Shown in pieces: positions 63,627-64,000 of a stretch of 64,000 bases of DNA. The notes beneath the pieces are model-generated. The model was given only the letters and a program-made list of their open reading frames with translations, had not been told where the DNA came from and searched no databases. Source of the DNA: an uncultured Chitinophagaceae bacterium (GTDB lineage Bacteria > Bacteroidota > Bacteroidia > Chitinophagales > Chitinophagaceae); NCBI GenBank assembly GCA_963715585.1, contig OY970254.1:4039227-4103226 (forward strand). Direction: 5' to 3'. Both the position numbers and the translations under genes were made by a program. The stretch's first letter is position 1. Every line of letters begins with the position of its first letter.

Positions 63627-64000
63627 ATGAGCGATTTATCAAGAGCTACTTACAATCCTGTACAAAAAGACACGGCTGTTTTTATTGAGACCGTTGCCGA
63701 AACCAATGGCGCCTATTCTTTAATTGAAGTGGAAGTGGCGCCAGGTGGTGGCGTAGGGCTGCACTACCACAAAGCTTACAGCGAAACCTTTACCTGCCTG
63801 CAGGGCGAGCTGCAGGTACAGCTGGGTAAACAGGTATTTACCTTAAAGCCCGGTGATGCACCTGCCACTGCACCAAAAAACACTTTGCACCGTTTCTTTA
63901 ATACCAGTGATAAGCCCAGCCGTTTCCAGGTGTTGATCAGTCCGGGCTCCAGGGGCTTTGAGGAAAGTGTACAAATTGCATACGGCCTTGCACGTGATGG
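63627..64000 (+). CDS. Cupin-domain protein (partial, runs off the window)
   Basis: Hand translation from ATG 63627 gives MSDLSRATYNPVQKD...GGGVGLHYHKAYSETF...PKNTLHRFFN, which contains cupin motifs 1 and 2. The frame stays open to the end of the window. Confidence 0.7.
   Translation, partial: MSDLSRATYNPVQKDTAVFIETVAETNGAYSLIEVEVAPGGGVGLHYHKAYSETFTCLQGELQVQLGKQVFTLKPGDAPATAPKNTLHRFFNTSDKPSRFQVLISPGSRGFEESVQIAYGLARD

Overview
This is a 64-kb chromosomal window from a Bacteroidota genome. The gene content, many SpII-type lipoproteins and TAnnTTTG -7 promoter boxes suggest a Chitinophagaceae/Sphingobacteriia-like soil organism, but the taxon is inference. I call about 60 protein-coding genes. 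I recognised no rRNA, tRNA, CRISPR array, transposase or integrase.

Layout:
(1) 0-19 kb: a phenylacetate (paa) catabolic cluster split in two. TetR-paaE-paaABCD lies at 0.05-5.2 kb and paaG-paaI-paaY-like at 17.2-19.0 kb. The ~12-kb segment between them carries two of three paralogous giant secreted repeat proteins (YadA-head-like 14-residue repeats), a TPR histidine kinase with a LuxR-type response regulator, MgtC and a LuxR-type solo regulator.
(2) 19.5-46.5 kb: mostly housekeeping and envelope genes (obg, fabH, lipid kinase, patatin, ctaA, rnhB, tsaC, ptrB, asd, korB, SLC13 permease, BNR glycosidase-like, amidase, PQQ sugar dehydrogenase). Several convergent intergenic gaps are filled by palindromic REP/MITE-like elements.
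(3) 47-64 kb: a repeat-rich, accessory-looking segment.
- A ~480-bp element, tandemly duplicated with two further dispersed partial copies, carries hairpins with compensatory substitutions and a terminator-like 3' end.
- An AT-rich defence islet holds a HEPN-MNT toxin-antitoxin pair, a vsr remnant and a DUF2075-type nuclease-helicase gene.
- There is an 11-bp phased ATGG array and an 84-bp tandem repeat.
- It also carries the third fibre paralog, a heptahaem cytochrome c and an H1-like lysine-rich protein.

The best candidates for something undescribed are the structured 480-bp repeat family, the DUF2075 nuclease-helicase islet, and the modular fibre-protein family with its regulators.

All functional calls rest on motif recognition by eye in the supplied translations. 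No database search was possible.
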